A stretch of 64,000 nucleotides of DNA from Eutreptiella sp. 'Long Island Sound 2002' (Eukaryota; Protista; Euglenida), in assembly GCA_964036045.1 (NCBI GenBank), contig OZ038378.1, positions 167,028,001 through 167,092,000 on the forward strand, given 5' to 3'. A program made the position numbers and the translations under genes. Below the pieces are notes generated by a model, which was given only the letters and a program-made list of their open reading frames with translations, did no database searches and was not told the DNA's origin. This document shows positions 23,061-36,458 of this stretch, piece by piece (the first letter of the stretch is position 1; each line of letters opens with the position of its first letter).

Positions 23061-25931
23061 GTTGCTTTGACGGGTGTACATCATGTTCCCTTTCCCACCA
23101 GTTGCGTCCCAATATTCAACCGTGGCTAGGATTAGGCAGGCTGGCAATGACCATACCTAGGGCTCACAAAGGTGCTCGGCTACGATCGTGATAGACAAAG
23201 GGGAAGGGGAAGAAGCTATGGTATGTTCTGAGAGTGTACTTAGATCCCGAGATTGACTCGTACCGCTGCGGAACTATTGCAGCTTGCTCAAAAAAAAAGA
23301 TAGACAAAGTGAAGGGGAAGGAAGGGGGAGGGGTTAGTGGACGGTGAAGCACTCAGCCACGCATGGGAATGAGGCTGTTTATGGAGATGGTTCAAAGCCA
23401 CCATCCGTGTGCCTGCAATGCCATGTGAATGGTCGGGGCAGTAGAGGTGTAGTCAATGGAGCTTGTGGAGTGACACCTGTCCAAACACTCTCTTCTTTAT
23501 CCTGCCCTCCGCTGACGTGTGGTGTGGTAGCATTCAATTCAGCATATTTCAAGGCCATCCATGAAGATGGTTCAAAGTTGCCTTTTGTTTGCTTAAAATG
23601 CTTGTTAGGGGTAAGGGCAATGGAATTGGTAGCACTAGCAGGCAGCGTTTGAAGGAAAACGTAAAATGTGGAGCCCCATCAATTGCGTCATGTTGTAATG
23701 ATTGTCCTAATTGACTCTTGCAGCACATACAGCAGTGACAATTCAAGGCATCACTCCACCAACACATAGCTACACCCCCCTTCCTTCCCTTGGTGAGAAC
23801 AATGGAACACTTCCAATTTTTGCGGAAACAAAACCTATTGTTGTTTTGACAAAGGGGCGCGGGGGGGGGGGGGTATTTATAAAGGGCAAAGCAAGACATA
23901 ATTCCACAAGTTGTGGAAATAACACATAGTTTTGTTCTAACAAGGGGTTGTTCTTGCAAGGGGTGGGGGGAGGAGGTACAATTTTGAGCTCTGGTGCACT
24001 TTCGGCGCTAGTGTTTACTTTTTTCTCCCTACCCATAGTATTGTGGCCACAAACCTTGTCTTGGGGACTAAAGAAGCATGTTTGCTTCCTACATCCCCCC
24101 TTGTACATCGCCATCAACACCATCAACGAGGTTTGATATCACCAGGAATGACCAGTTCATATTGTTCAAATACTTGTAGAGACAACAACGTTTTCACTGC
24201 CCTTCAACCACGTGTGCATCAAAGCCACCATTGTTGTCCTGGGCTCTTGCTGCTCTCCCCGATGTTTGCTTCAAGGAGTGTAAGGTTGAATGAGTGCCAT
24301 GCCATGCAGGCACGCGAGCGAAGCTTACTGTATGCGGTCCATAAAGGTCCCGAACGGCTTTACACAATGGGGTTCAAATACCCTCAAAATCTCCAACCAA
24401 AAAACAACATTGGGGCTCAAAGGCGTAAGGCAGAATCTACACCAAAGAGAGAGTCCCATCTATCATACACCTAATCACATACCCATGGTGACTCATCCCA
24501 ATGAAGAAGGGGACCCGTTGTGAACTTTGTGTCAATTGTGTCAATCAACAATGGACCATTGATATGTGGGTGTGTGTTCCCATCGTGACGACGGCTCCAC
24601 GCGTGAGCCCCCCAACTTGGAGGCACACAACATGTGGTGAGCTGGGGCTCAAATGGTGAGTAGAGTTGGTGACCCCATGCAGCTGGCATGGGTTGCTGAA
24701 TACCCTGCATGTAGATGGAATAGTACCTGTGATGGGTTCGCTTTTCAATTTCTGCTACCACACAAACAAGTTAAATCTGTCTAGAGGGAGGGCAGTACGT
24801 GCCACATAGGCTTGCTGGTGGAAGCCCAAGAGTTGGCCAAATTAGTTGCATATTGTGCTCTGCATCCATTCAGCTATGTTCTACAGGTTGCATTCTTTGG
24901 GGCTAAGTACTTGGTATCTCCCTTTAGACACATACTGAGAGGGATACTTTCTACAAGTGAGGTATTGTGGTTGCTGCATGATGAATTGTTTGCACCATAT
25001 GAGTAGCAACCTAGATAAGGAGATGATGGGATATGAGGGGACACATTTGCCACCCAAGAAATTGTCACGGCTGTCAATTATGCGTGCAACCTCTCATGCC
25101 ATTAAGCCGAAGAAAAATAGGTTCCAAGTTGTGAACCATGTCCTAACAGATGGAACCTACTTCCCCACAAAGAAGGACAAATTCTTGGAGGAAATACTTT
25201 GGCAAGCCAAAAAATAGTGAGCCGCCTGGACGGCCACAATCTCGTTTCATTCATGACCCTTCTCCTCGCTCTCGCCAATGGGTAGTACTACCCCCCTCTT
25301 GTATGCTTCATGTGTGCCTGATAAACAAAGCTTCACACTAGCTCATCCCCAATAATTGACCCATTATGTTGCAGCCATGTTTGCAATGCGTAGAACGCTT
25401 AGAGTCACGTTTTCCTGAGGCAGCAATAGAGACTGGAATGGACCGACTGGGTTCCTCCAAACCATGTAGGAAACAACTCTCTCCCCGAATGTGTGGCATC
25501 ACATGCAAATGGCTGATGTGGTGGTGGATACACTACAACGGCCGTGTCTCATGTGGGGCTTCGGAGCCATAGTGTGAATTCGACTAATTTCTCCCACCGC
25601 CCTCCCTCTCTCTGCTTTCATTGTCCAATTGCTCCATGCGACAACCTCATCTCATTGTTAGCGGTGGTCATCAGTGACCACCGAAGCTTCGGCACCACAT
25701 CAACAGATCTGGCATACATGTATGATACCTTCAGCCATGGATGCCAGGTAGTGGGTGGCTCCTCTCAGTGCAACAATAAAAATGTTTGGACCAGCACCTC
25801 CACTAGGCGATCTCATGGACCTGAAAGGGGTTGGTGGGTGAAAGTGGAAGCCTCCCCCCCTTTGCCAGTTCAAGTGAGGCTTGTCCACAGCAATAGCCAG
25901 TGCACCCCATGGCACATGTTTCTCGCTTATG

Positions 25932-26635
25932 TAGGGAGCCTTAGCGCACCGGGCGCGCGCATCTTTTTTGACCCGTGCCCCACCGGTGACCTTTTAGGGG
26001 GTGCACTAAGTGCTGTGCGCGCGCGGTGCAACTATTTGCACGTGTAGCCGTCCTAGAACCCCATGCTTTGTGATACTATGGGCATTATTGTTGTTTGACA
26101 GCGGGTATTTTGATGCTTCTTTCACATTCGGGATGTGGTATATTTGGATTCTCACCCAGTTTCATCCATTTTCATCCATTTTTTGCTCGTTTCCACCACA
26201 TCCACTCCTTACTAGGTTGATTTCTCGGCACCATGGGTACCCCAAGAAAGCAGGGGTGATGTAGCCATTCCGCCCAACTTTGGGCCCCTGAGAAGGCAGG
26301 GGTGATGTAGCCAATGCTGAGTTTGCGCTTCGTTCTTGTGACGTGAGGCAGAAACACCGTCCAAACCGCTTGCGGCTTGGGGGCTCATTACCATAGCGAA
26401 ATCTAGGGGAAAGGTAAAGGCAAAGTACCGTTTGTTAAGTACAATACAAATGACATTTGGAGTTGTTAAATTCACAGCTATTGCCTAGTTATGCAACGTG
26501 CTTTGTAGGGAAGGTGCGCAGTCCATCATGGTCTATTTGGGGGGCCTTCTCCATTAGAGGGTATATCTGGGGCTGAAGTTGGGACAGTTAATAGAAAGGT
26601 AGCGCGCCGGGCGCGCGCCGGGCAAACATTCCCTC
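25932..26635. mobile_element. Family A copy 2
   Basis: Colinear with 1196-1828, with an extra copy of the internal gagaaggcaggggtgatgtag unit. Flanked by ATG on both sides. Confidence 0.75.
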
Positions 26636-27652
26636 ATGTGTTGCTATGGTGTTCTTAGAGTGCTGAGTAGATTGATCTTGGTCATTATTTTTGTCATAAG
26701 CACTGTTTGAATCTGATGATGGTGCATAGAGGTCAGGGCAATGGCGGATTGAAGTGGGACCAACAGCGTGCGTGGAAGTAAGGCTGTTGAAAAACTGAAG
26801 CTGTTGAAGCTGAGGACCATCATCACAGGTTGAGGAACACACCGCATACACTCCCACCAGAAATACCTGGTGCATTAGTTGCGTGTAATATGTGGTGGCC
26901 CTCAGGCGTAAAGGGATGGCCTGTTTCTCCTTCTGTCAAGGCTTTATGCAAGCGATCAATGACCCTTCCCAACATTCTGCGGATGCCGGCACTGTGGACC
27001 TGGGCACCCCTCTCTTGGAAGCGATTCGCACTGGAGACATAGGGTCCAATGTAGCCACGCTGTTGCAAAACCATGGGCAAGCGCTCGCCTTTTATCAGGT
27101 TTTCACAGTGCTTCTGTGCCCCTTGTTGCCCACCCCATCCCCTACCACCCTCAATGCGTGCCCTTCCTGGTCTATCTGGCATGCAGCAGACAGCAGGCTG
27201 GATAGCACGGAGGGGCAAGGACTGCACGGATTATCAGTATCGAAAAAATTTGTGGGGAGAGCTAAAAATGATGGTGAAATTTCTCTCCCTGATTCACATG
27301 CCAATGATCGCCCCCCTTGACCTCGTCGTTCTGCTGTATCCCAAAGTGCCTGCCTCACTTTTCCGAATTTTACGGTCTGGACAAGGTCTTGAGCCTTGTC
27401 AGTCCTGAATTGTGGTCTGGTCGATGAAAAGGTGGGGGGGAGGTTGCCCCCTGGCCTTTGAGAGCCTGTCCACCCACCCACTACCTGAAGCTCACTATTC
27501 ACCCTCTTCTGGTAAAACTCGCTTTGTGTGACGGTTCTTATAAACGATGGTTTTGTCCAATGACCACCCTCTGGTCAAACGGAGTCTTTTTACCTTTAGA
27601 TACTGCCTAACGACCGCACTGATGTTAAATGTTACGGGTTGCCGCTCAATTT

Positions 27653-28108
27653 GGGGGGGGGGGGGGGGGGGGGGGGGCAATATATGAGGTTGGACCCCGG
27701 GTGCGCTTCATTCACCTGCTGTTTCGCACTTTCTGTGTCAACGTGTAACGGGGCTTTTGAACATTCGGTTCTCAGCCGGTGGTGCCGAAGTTTACAAAGA
27801 TATAGAACGATACAAAAGTCCTTTTTTTTACCACCAATGTTACCTTGAATTAATGGGCCACTGAATCTTTCATGGCCGATGTTACAGGAAGTAGGGGCGT
27901 GGTGTACGTCGCTAGGGGCAGTTGTGGGTCGAACCGGACACCCCCTCCTCTTCCAGACCCCCCAACCTACACCAATGGGGAACAGCGGTTTTGCCAATGG
28001 CAAAGGCCCTTGGGGCAATCGAGCTGATGAAGGTGTATGCAGATGCCCAGTTGATTTTTTTTTTTTTCACTCAAAGTCAATGGTAAATTATTCCCCCCCC
28101 CCCCCCCC
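27653..28108. mobile_element. Candidate poly-G...poly-C-tipped MITE
   Basis: G25-CAATA on the left and TATT-C16 on the right form inverted termini. No TSD can be resolved. Confidence 0.45.
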
Positions 28109-28673
28109 AGTGTGCATATTCAAACTCAAGTTATGCAAATAACTCTAGGGGGGGGTGTCAAAGCAAGTCTTCTACGGATACATTTGCCGGTGACATGTGA
28201 CTTATTTTGACTGTTTTCATCCCTGGTTTATATGTTGGTTGCCATACTGTATGGTTTGATCTTCTCAGTTGCCAGTCAGCCCATGCCAGGCTGCCAGTCA
28301 GCCCTGCCCTTCGGGCCCGCTACTGTATGCCAACAAAAGGGTTTACCGCACCTGGCATCGGCCATTGAATGGCTGCATTGTACTCTTCGTGAGGCAGAAC
28401 AAAAACAATATCCAGACGCTGATTTTTGGCTTTGTATCAGAGTCAAGTGCTTGTCTCTGTGCTGAGAGTGTAGAGTCAGAAGCATGGTGGGGTCCGGGTT
28501 CAAGTCGCATACAAACCAGCAAAACTGCTCAGAATGAAACAAGGAGTTCAGAAATAACTAGTGGAGGCACCTCCAGTGCCGACATCCCCAAAGGCAAACT
28601 TCATCTGCAGAGTGTCTTTTCAGTAATTCGATTTTGCCATCACATGCACCACCGGGGGGGGGGGGGGGGGCAG

Positions 28674-28810
28674 GAACGCGGAAACGACACCAACCAACAG
28701 GAGCACCGGCTGCAGCGGCCGACAGAAAGCAGCGACCCGACGCAACATGCGGAAGAAGGGGTGACTGTCCAGGGCCCCGTAAAAAACCAGACGGAATGTC
28801 ACACAGGGGG
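28674..28810. repeat. Dispersed repeat (gaacgcggaaac(g/a)acacca...), related copy at ~33290-33410
   Basis: gaacgcggaaacgacaccaaccaacaggagcacc at 28674 resembles gaacgcggaaacaacaccagcaggggcgcc at ~33381. Confidence 0.5.
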
Positions 28811-29094
28811 GGAGGGCAGGCCAGGCCCAGGCCAGAGCCATACAGCCATAGCCACAGCCAATGCCACAGCCACAGCCACAGGCACATCTGAAGCCACTGC
28901 AGGACCACAGCGCCCGTTAGAGCGACGCCCGGCGGCTGTTCAGGGGCCTGGGCCTACCTGCTCCGCCCCTGACTCTCGCGCTATCGTGATCCCCTACCAA
29001 GTCCTTTACTGCCCCCCTTCTGCTTTCCTCTGAGGCAGGTGGCGCTGGTGCTCTTCTCCGCGGCCTAACAAGCTCTGCCCCCTCAAGCCCGGCC

Positions 29095-29772
29095 ATGCCT
29101 GTGCCCTCAGCCCAGCCTTTGCTTCGGCCCCTTCCAGAACCGGATGCACTGACCTCAGCCCTCAGCGCTATTGCGGCCTTCCTCTCACACGCGGATGTGG
29201 CCATGCAGAGCATCCCCGCCTGCCCAGGCCTCATCACGTCCACGCTGGCGCTGTTGCCGCACTGCCCTGCCCCCGCTCTTGCCGTGCTCCAAAGTGCGAC
29301 CGCGGTGCGCCCGGGGTCCGGCGCGCCGTTCGGTTTCGAGGAGTGCCTCGCGACGCCCGCGGTGCACGACGGCCTGGCCGCTGCGTTGGCGCGGTCGGGG
29401 TCCGGGGCAGACGTCCTGACGGACGCCGCCCGCTGCGTGCGCAACGCCGCGCGCTGGCCGGCGCAGCGCCGGGCGCTGTGCCGCTGCGTCCGGCCGCTGG
29501 TGGCCGCGCTGGCGCACGCTGCGGGGGCCGTGCGGGAGGCCGCGGCCGAGGCCCTGATCAATCTGGCGTGCCATCAGCCGAACCGCGCGGACATTTTCGC
29601 GGCGGGCGCAGTCCCGGCGCTGATGCAGTGCGCCGGGGATGCGGCGGGGTCGGTGGGCAGCCGGGAGGCCGCTGCATCATGTCTGGGGTGTCTGTCGAGC
29701 TTCAACGAGGACGGGCAGCGCCAGTTGGCTGCCGCTGGGGCAGGCACTGCTCTGGTGCAGAGTCTCAGGCAG
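29095..29772 (+). CDS. Armadillo/HEAT-repeat protein, exon 1
   Basis: ARM-like units (VREAAAEALINLA, AAGAVPALMQ, SREAAASCLGCLS, AAGAGTALVQ), very high GC3, polypyrimidine-AG upstream of the ATG, phase-0 donor cag|gtgtgc. An alternative donor is at 29852. Confidence 0.75.
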
Positions 29773-30630
29773 GTGTGCACCGCCGGGCTGTTGCATGGCT
29801 CAGCGGATCACCACACGAATTGCACAATGCGGAGGCAGGCTCTCTGTAGAGGTAAGCCATGAGCCGGGCAGCAGTGCAACGGTGGTTGTGCACACAGCAG
29901 CAGCATGAGCACTGTGCCCAGTAGCCGATCTCTTGCCGCTGCACCGTGCTTTCCTTTCAATTCACACAGACCGGCCCCCCGCCGGGTGTTCCCCCAGGCT
30001 CCCCCACCGGCGCAAGAGGAGGCGGTGCAGCGATCCCACTGCACGGCTCAGCAGCGGCCTCTTGGGGTTGGTTGCGTTGGTGGCAATCCCAGGATCGCTA
30101 CCCTGGCCCATGTCGAGGCAGGAAGCGCTGGGCAGCCACCAAATGAGGGAGGGAGGAACAGGCGAGCAAGGGGCTACGCGCTGCCTGGGGAGAGGAGGGA
30201 GTTGGCCTGCGTGCGCCTGCACACACCTGAATGTGACTGGGCCCTTGGTTCCCGGGCCTGCCCCTGAGTCACGTCAGCCATGTCAGTCAGACGGCACACC
30301 AAGGTGCTGCGTGCACTGTGACCCGGCTGCTCACCCTTTTGCCGAACCCCCAAATTCGGAAAAGGTGCAAATGGTATTTTTGGAATCAGCGCGACGAAGG
30401 GGCTTTGGAATCATCATGATTTGCCTGGGATTTGGCGAAAAAGAATTTGAACCTTGTTTGACCCCCCACAAGATTTTTCAGCGCTTTTCGTGCCGGAGTT
30501 TTTAGTGATTGATCAACCCCCCCCCCCCCCCCTCCGCGAGTGGGTTCTGCAGTGGAAGAGGTTAAGGCGAGGGTCAGCACAATGAGTCTGCAGGATGGTG
30601 TTTTGTGGCATGTCCGGATGTATCGGCCCG

Positions 30631-31809
30631 CCGGATTTAACCGTACCTGGGTTCGGCGTACCTGTCGGCTCGGCGTACCTGTCGGCTCGGCGTACTTTCG
30701 GCCGGCCGATCGGCCGGCCGAAAGTCCGGCCGTACCTTCGGCCCGCCGACTCGGCCGGCCGAAGGTACGGCCGTACCTTCGGCCGGCCGATCGGCCGGCC
30801 GAAAGTACGGCCGTACCTTCGGCCAACCGATCGGCCGGCCGAAAGTACGGCCGTACCTTCGGCCGGCCGATCGGCCGGCCGAAGGTACGGTTTAATCCGT
30901 CACCCCCCCTTGTAGGGCCTCGGGGGTGGTTCCCGAGAGCGCTCAACCGTGGTCCACTATAAAGCTGTACACACAGAAGGCGGTGCACACACAAGGCGGA
31001 ACACACAAAAGGCGGTCTATAGCCACCGCAGGAGTCATGTTATTAAAGGGGCCACAGGCAAGGCGGTACACACAGAAGGCGGTGAACACACAAAAGGCGG
31101 TCTGTGGCCACCGCAGGAGTCATGTTATTAAAGGGGCCACAGGCAAGGCGGTACACACAAAAGGCGGTGCACACACAAGGCGGAACACACAAAAGGCGGT
31201 CTGTGGCCACCGCAGGAGTCATGTTATTAAAGGGGCCACAGGCAAGGCGGTACACACAGAAGGCGGTGCACACACAAGGCGGAACACACAAAAGGCGGTC
31301 TGTGGCCACCGCAGGAGTCATGTTATTAAAGGGGCCACAGGCAAGGCGGTACACACAAAAGGCGGTGCACACACAAGGCGGAACACACAAAAGGCGGTCT
31401 GTGGCCACCGCAGGAGTCATGTTATTAAAGGGGCCACAGGCAAGGCGGTACACACAGAAGGCGGTGCACACAAAAGGCGGACTGTGGCCACTGCAGGCGT
31501 CCTGTTATTAATATATAGGGGGGGGGGTTGTTAGTATATGGGGGTATTACTACAAGGGGGGGTGACGGATTAAACCGTACCTTCGGCCGGCCGACTCGGC
31601 CGGCCGGAGGTACGGCCGTACTTTCGGCCGGCCGATTCGGCCGGCCAGAGGTACGGCCGTACCTCCGGCCGTTTTTTCGGCCAAAACAAGGGGGGGGTGA
31701 CGGATTAAACCGTACTTTCGGCCGGCCGATCGGCCGGCCGAAAGTACGCCGAGCCGACAGGTACGCCGAGCCGACAGGTACGCCGAACCCCAGGTACGGT
31801 TTAATCCGG
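30631..31809. mobile_element. Foldback-like element with long modular inverted arms around a minisatellite
   Basis: Outer ~95 bp are near-perfect inverted repeats (ccggatttaaccgtacctgggttcggcgtacctgtcggctcgg... / ...gtacggtttaatccgg). Inner arm ends are also inverted (aatccgtcacccccccttgtag / ctacaagggggggtgacggatt). Arms are built from cggccggccga(t/a) palindromic modules. Confidence 0.75.
30964..31510. repeat. 99-bp minisatellite, ~5.5 copies
   Basis: gttatta anchors at 31039, 31124, 31223, 31322, 31421 and 31504 (spacing 85, 99, 99, 99, 83). Confidence 0.93.
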
Positions 31810-32317
31810 TGAGCTGGATGTATCAGTCACTCGGTATGGCGGTTGGGCCGTTGAAAGCCTATGCGCATTGCTGCTGTCTTGATGGCGATCTCAGATGGCC
31901 CCCCTCCCCTAAAAGCGCCGGGAAACAACAGCAACCGCTTGGAACCGTTTTGCACCTCTCCAAATGCTCATAACCGCTCTTGACACCCCGCTCTAGACTC
32001 CCTCCCGTTCCCATGATCCACGCCTGCAAGAGCGACGCTGCACAATGGCCGTGCACCATTGTGCACCGGATCTCGAATGCATCAGAGCAAGAATTTCCTC
32101 AATGCGATTGCACCACCAGCCCTCCCGGATGCTTCACTTAGAAAACTCTTTCCTTTGGGGTCAGCGGACAGCTCCTTGGAGCTTTGTTGAACAAGAGACG
32201 TTTGCTACAGACCACCCCTCACCCCCATTTGGTAAACTCATCGCTCATCAGCCCTCCGTAATCAGCTTGACCCCGCCGCTTCTCGTGCAGAGCTCCCTCA
32301 CACTTGCCCTCCTTCAG

Positions 32318-32518
32318 GTGGCGCCTCTTATTTCTGGGATCAACACGCAAATGATGGCCTCGCTTGCCTTGGCTATTGTAGACGCGCTGTGTAATTTGGC
32401 GGTGCTGGACGAGGGCAGTTGTCAAATCTTGGAGGCCCAGGCCGTGGAGGCGTTGGTCCGTGTTTTAGCGGTTTGCAACAGCCTGGGCAATGCAGGAGTC
32501 GCGGGCCTGAGACAGAAG
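32318..32518 (+). CDS. Armadillo/HEAT-repeat protein, exon 2
   Basis: cttcag| acceptor (alternative in-frame acceptor at 32290), IVDALCNLAV...AQAVEALVRVL ARM-like helices, donor aag|gtatcc, phase 0. Confidence 0.65.
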
Positions 32519-34123
32519 GTATCCATGCGTGCAGAAACGCTCAAGGGTTTGCTGTCCGTGGTCAAGTGCACACAAGGGCGTGTAGATCGGTGGGTGTGAG
32601 GGACCTGGGGTGCCCCTTTTGATGTCCCACACTTAATGATCCCAGGGTTAATCAGATTTTGACCATAACAGGCTTCTGAAGGGCAGGTATGTAATTTCAT
32701 GGTCGCCGTGGCGCTGTCCGTGCATGCGTAATGCTGCACAGTCGTTTTTTCTGGATAGCAACGTTCAATATAGATTACAGTCGGGGCGCAGGTGGCGATT
32801 TTCTCAGCACTGCTGTTCGACTGGTATGACATGGTGAAAGAATGCTATTGATGGTTTCCTTGGATGTTGCTGCAACTGTGAGCTCCGTGTGCGGGGCGTT
32901 TCAGATGCTGGTTGCAGCGCCTGGCACTGGCTGCATCACAGATGTGGGTAGCGCTCTCCCTGCAACTTCCAAAACTGTGGCCATGGGACATTTTCTTTCG
33001 ATAAGAGGCATACTGTGGTTTAAGCTCCATGTGTCTGAACTGTGCTTCTTGTTTGAACATCCCCCACGTCAGAGGATCGGTTCACAGGAGTGGCCAATTA
33101 TTGCCTACCATTGGGGGGAGGGGTTTGATGGAGGGAAAATTGGAGCGGACAGATTTGGAAGCCCTCCCTCATATCAAATATTTGTCAGGATGCTATGTGC
33201 TAAGATGCGTCCAATGGAGAGGGGCAGCTTTGGGGGGGGGGTGGACAGCAAGAACAGTCAAACGACCCCCACAACGGCCAACACAACCTCAATATGCCAA
33301 CTACTGGGCGCCGCTGACGCGCAAACGGCACAGCCTGCCACATCCAGCACAGCCCCAGCACACCAACCACTGGGCTCCGCGAACGCGGAAACAACACCAG
33401 CAGGGGCGCCTTGCAGGGCACCGTAGCGGAGCTCTGGGCAGGCAGGCAATCCTTGTAACGGGTGCCAGGGTCTAAACCGGCAGTGATGTCAAATTTCTGC
33501 TTACTTTTTTCGGGGGGCAACGGGAAATTGTGGGCCCAGTGAGCGGCACCCACACCGGCACCCCCACCCCCACCACAACATCACCAACACCACCACCAAC
33601 AGCTACTGCTGCTGCTGCTGCTGCTGCGCCGGCAGCGGCAGCAAATTGAGATTAAGCATGGATTGCCTCAGCCCTGCAACCAACTGGAATTCATCTTGAT
33701 TTTCGGAACAGGGGCCAACACGATTAACCGTGGCTCTTCAGCACCAGTCTTCTGCAGATGCAAGTTCAAGAGGTAGCAGAAGCATTAATTCTTTGGGCAG
33801 TTGGCATCCTCAACCATGCAGCCGTGCTGTAACATGTCAATCAACGGCACCGGATACAACCGCTGTGGAGTGCCCAAGCCTCAAGGGGGCAAAGAAGCAC
33901 CAGTTCCCCCGCGAGGTGAGAGAAGCCCCCTGGGCGGATAGAGGGAGGCTGGTGCTAAGGCAAGGTAAAGCACATATTTCAGAGTTTGGGTGCGTAGATG
34001 GTGGACCATGTCCTGCCTCAGGGTATGTGTCAGCGAGATCATAGCACTAAATGCTGTAGTGCATCGCTCACCCCTCCTGACGCTCACCCTCGGGCCCATG
34101 CCAATCCACGTCCACCCCTGCAG

Positions 34124-34420
34124 AGCGGCAGCACGCTGGTGATCCTGCTGAAGCAGGCGGACAGCCCAGAGCTGCAGCTTGGCGCCGAATTCCGTGCACA
34201 GTTCGCTGCTGCCAAGGGCCTTGAAGTGCTGCAGGCCTGCCAAAGCTTGGAGGCCCCGCCAAGACCGCACGAGCCCTGTTGCACGCCTTGTACCACGGGC
34301 CCTCCTGCGTTCTCGCCCGCTTTCTCGCCCCTGATAAGGCCAAAGGCAAAGCCACAGACACTCCCGTCTTTCGTCAAAGAACTGCTTTCGGTCCTGCAAC
34401 CGAGCAACACACAAACATAA
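34124..34420 (+). CDS. Armadillo/HEAT-repeat protein, probable exon 3
   Basis: cccctgcag| acceptor in phase 0 joins to give LRQK|SGSTLVILLKQ...FAAAKGLEVLQAC. The 3' end is uncertain. Confidence 0.55.
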   Translation, partial: SGSTLVILLKQADSPELQLGAEFRAQFAAAKGLEVLQACQSLEAPPRPHEPCCTPCTTGPPAFSPAFSPLIRPKAKPQTLPSFVKELLSVLQPSNTQT

Positions 34421-36458
34421 CAAGGCACGGGAACCTCAGCAGCAGCCAGAATGAGTATTCCTCCACAGAGCTTTCGGTTGGTTTTGTTTATGCATGGGGA
34501 GATGCAGGACGATTCCAAAAGGCCGTGTTGCAGGCCGCGTGCAGCTTGCGGATCCCTGCCGCCTTCCTGGCACCCTCGTTCCCCTCTACCCAACAGATTG
34601 TGCAATCAAATTGATGATGGCGCATGCTGCTCTGCACAGCCCTGGATGCCAGGCTGGGAGGATCCAGTTGAATCCCAGCTTATGGCTCTGCATTTGCAGC
34701 ACAGGATGCACAATCCTGGGCCCTCGTATCTTAGGCGAACCTAGCCCAGCTTTCAACCGAGCCTTGGGGACCGACAGGTTGACTTCTCAAGGCAAGACAT
34801 CACCTCCGACCGGAGAACAATACGGTCCGTGGGCGACTCTGAGGGCGTTGCGTGCCCTGTACGCAAATTGCGCCGTTTTTGACACCCAACCGCCCGCGCT
34901 ATGGGGGCGCTTCATGAAGCACCGTAGCCATGGGCTACTCCTGTGTGCAGCTTTGTACTGTACAGTGGCAACTTTTGGCCCGAGAATGTGGGGGCTGTAG
35001 ATGGCTGGTGGTTCTGAGGTCGGTTCTGGTAAAGTCATCCCAATAACGGCCCCTGTGCGCAACCCCCTCCGCTTGCGTTGCTCGGCTCATTCCTGACTGT
35101 AACCGCCCCTCAAAGCGTTGCCCTGAATGCTTGCGACCAGATCTAAAATCACCGCCGGACGAAACGGGCGCCATGGAGATTTCTGGTTTGGGACCGTGGA
35201 ATGACTCCATTTTTGGCAGCAAATAGAAGCACCGATGTCAAGCAAAAGGCACAACAGACCATCGTGGGGGAGGTACGTGCAGGGCTGGACCCCCCTGCCC
35301 CCCCCCCCCCCCCATCCAGAAGTGCCCCTCCGAAGTACCAACCGGCACACTGACTCAGCCCGTATGGCTCATCTTCCCCCCTCCAGACTCCCCAACCTAA
35401 CCCCCCATCCCTGCACAAGCACCGGCTTATCCCCATCTGACCATCGTTTTCCGGGCTTTTTCTGACCGCGGTTGTGCTCCGATTATAAAAGGAAAAGGGG
35501 GCTGGACCAGGCTTGTGGTAGTTCCTCCTGCTCATACCAACATTCTGCTTGCAGCTGATCATAGCAGCGGCAGTGATTCTGACTCTGAGCTCCTCACATC
35601 AGATCATTCATCGTCTTGCTCAGGTTCTGGGGAGGATGATGAAGTGCAGGTTGTGTGGGCCAAGGCGGGCCGTGGGATTTGGGGCCTTGGCCATGTGTTT
35701 GAGGGCGAGCTTTACTTCACCAAAGATCTTGTTGATGACAGCTTTGTCCCAAGGAATAAGAAGCCTAAACCCATTCCAAAACCTGCAGCCAAGCCTGATC
35801 CAAAGCCTGCCCCAAAGGGCAAGCGTGTGCAATTGTTTATTATTGTTTAAGATGAGGTGTAAGGTTGGAAAGAGCTTCTATTCCACAGCGCCTGATGCCC
35901 CTGATGGGCAGTGAGGATGTCCAGAACATGCTGAATTTTGCCTGCACATTGTGTTCTGGTGCCTGTTGCAACAATTGTGGTTGGGGTGAGGTATGGGCAG
36001 GTGTTTGCCACATGCATTCTGTTGGTACCACAGGTCACGCGCAACCGGGGGCTTGCCTATGCCCGGGACCCCATCTGACCGTCGTTTTCCTGATTTTCAG
36101 CGTGCAAGCGGGGGGGGGGGGGGACTGGGAACAGCAGTCACCATCCTCATCATCAGCTGTCATATGTCTTACTTGGATTTATCATGCCTTGTTTTTTTGC
36201 CTCAAACTGTCATACACTACATCTCATGGCACAAAGAGATCATGCCACTGACTTCGTGCCCTTATTATACGCTCCGTGTGCCAATAGGTGGTGCTTTCCT
36301 TGTATATTAGCCTATTGACAAAACTTCGCAAAAAAAAAAAGCCCATATCACTGCTCGCCAGGTGCCTTTGCTGGTTCATGTGTGTTTGCTGGAATACCCG
36401 GATTTCTTTTCACTCATGGTCATGTCAGTCACTAAGCACGTTGTACGTCGAGTCGTCA

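Noticed and set aside
24050-25220. Scattered RT-like words (AFNHV, LSPMF, LLYAVH, KYL)
   Set aside because: Motif spacing is inconsistent with an RT domain, so it is not supportable without a profile search.
26900-27100. Integrase-like phrase (RMLGRVIDRLHKAL) on the minus strand
   Set aside because: A single weak motif with no DDE triad or LTR context.
30964-31510. CRISPR-like periodic array
   Set aside because: Whole units are repeated with no unique spacers, there are no cas genes, and the context is eukaryotic.
30926-31534. 202-aa and other ORFs with 33-aa repeats
   Set aside because: They are by-products of the 99-bp minisatellite being open in several frames.
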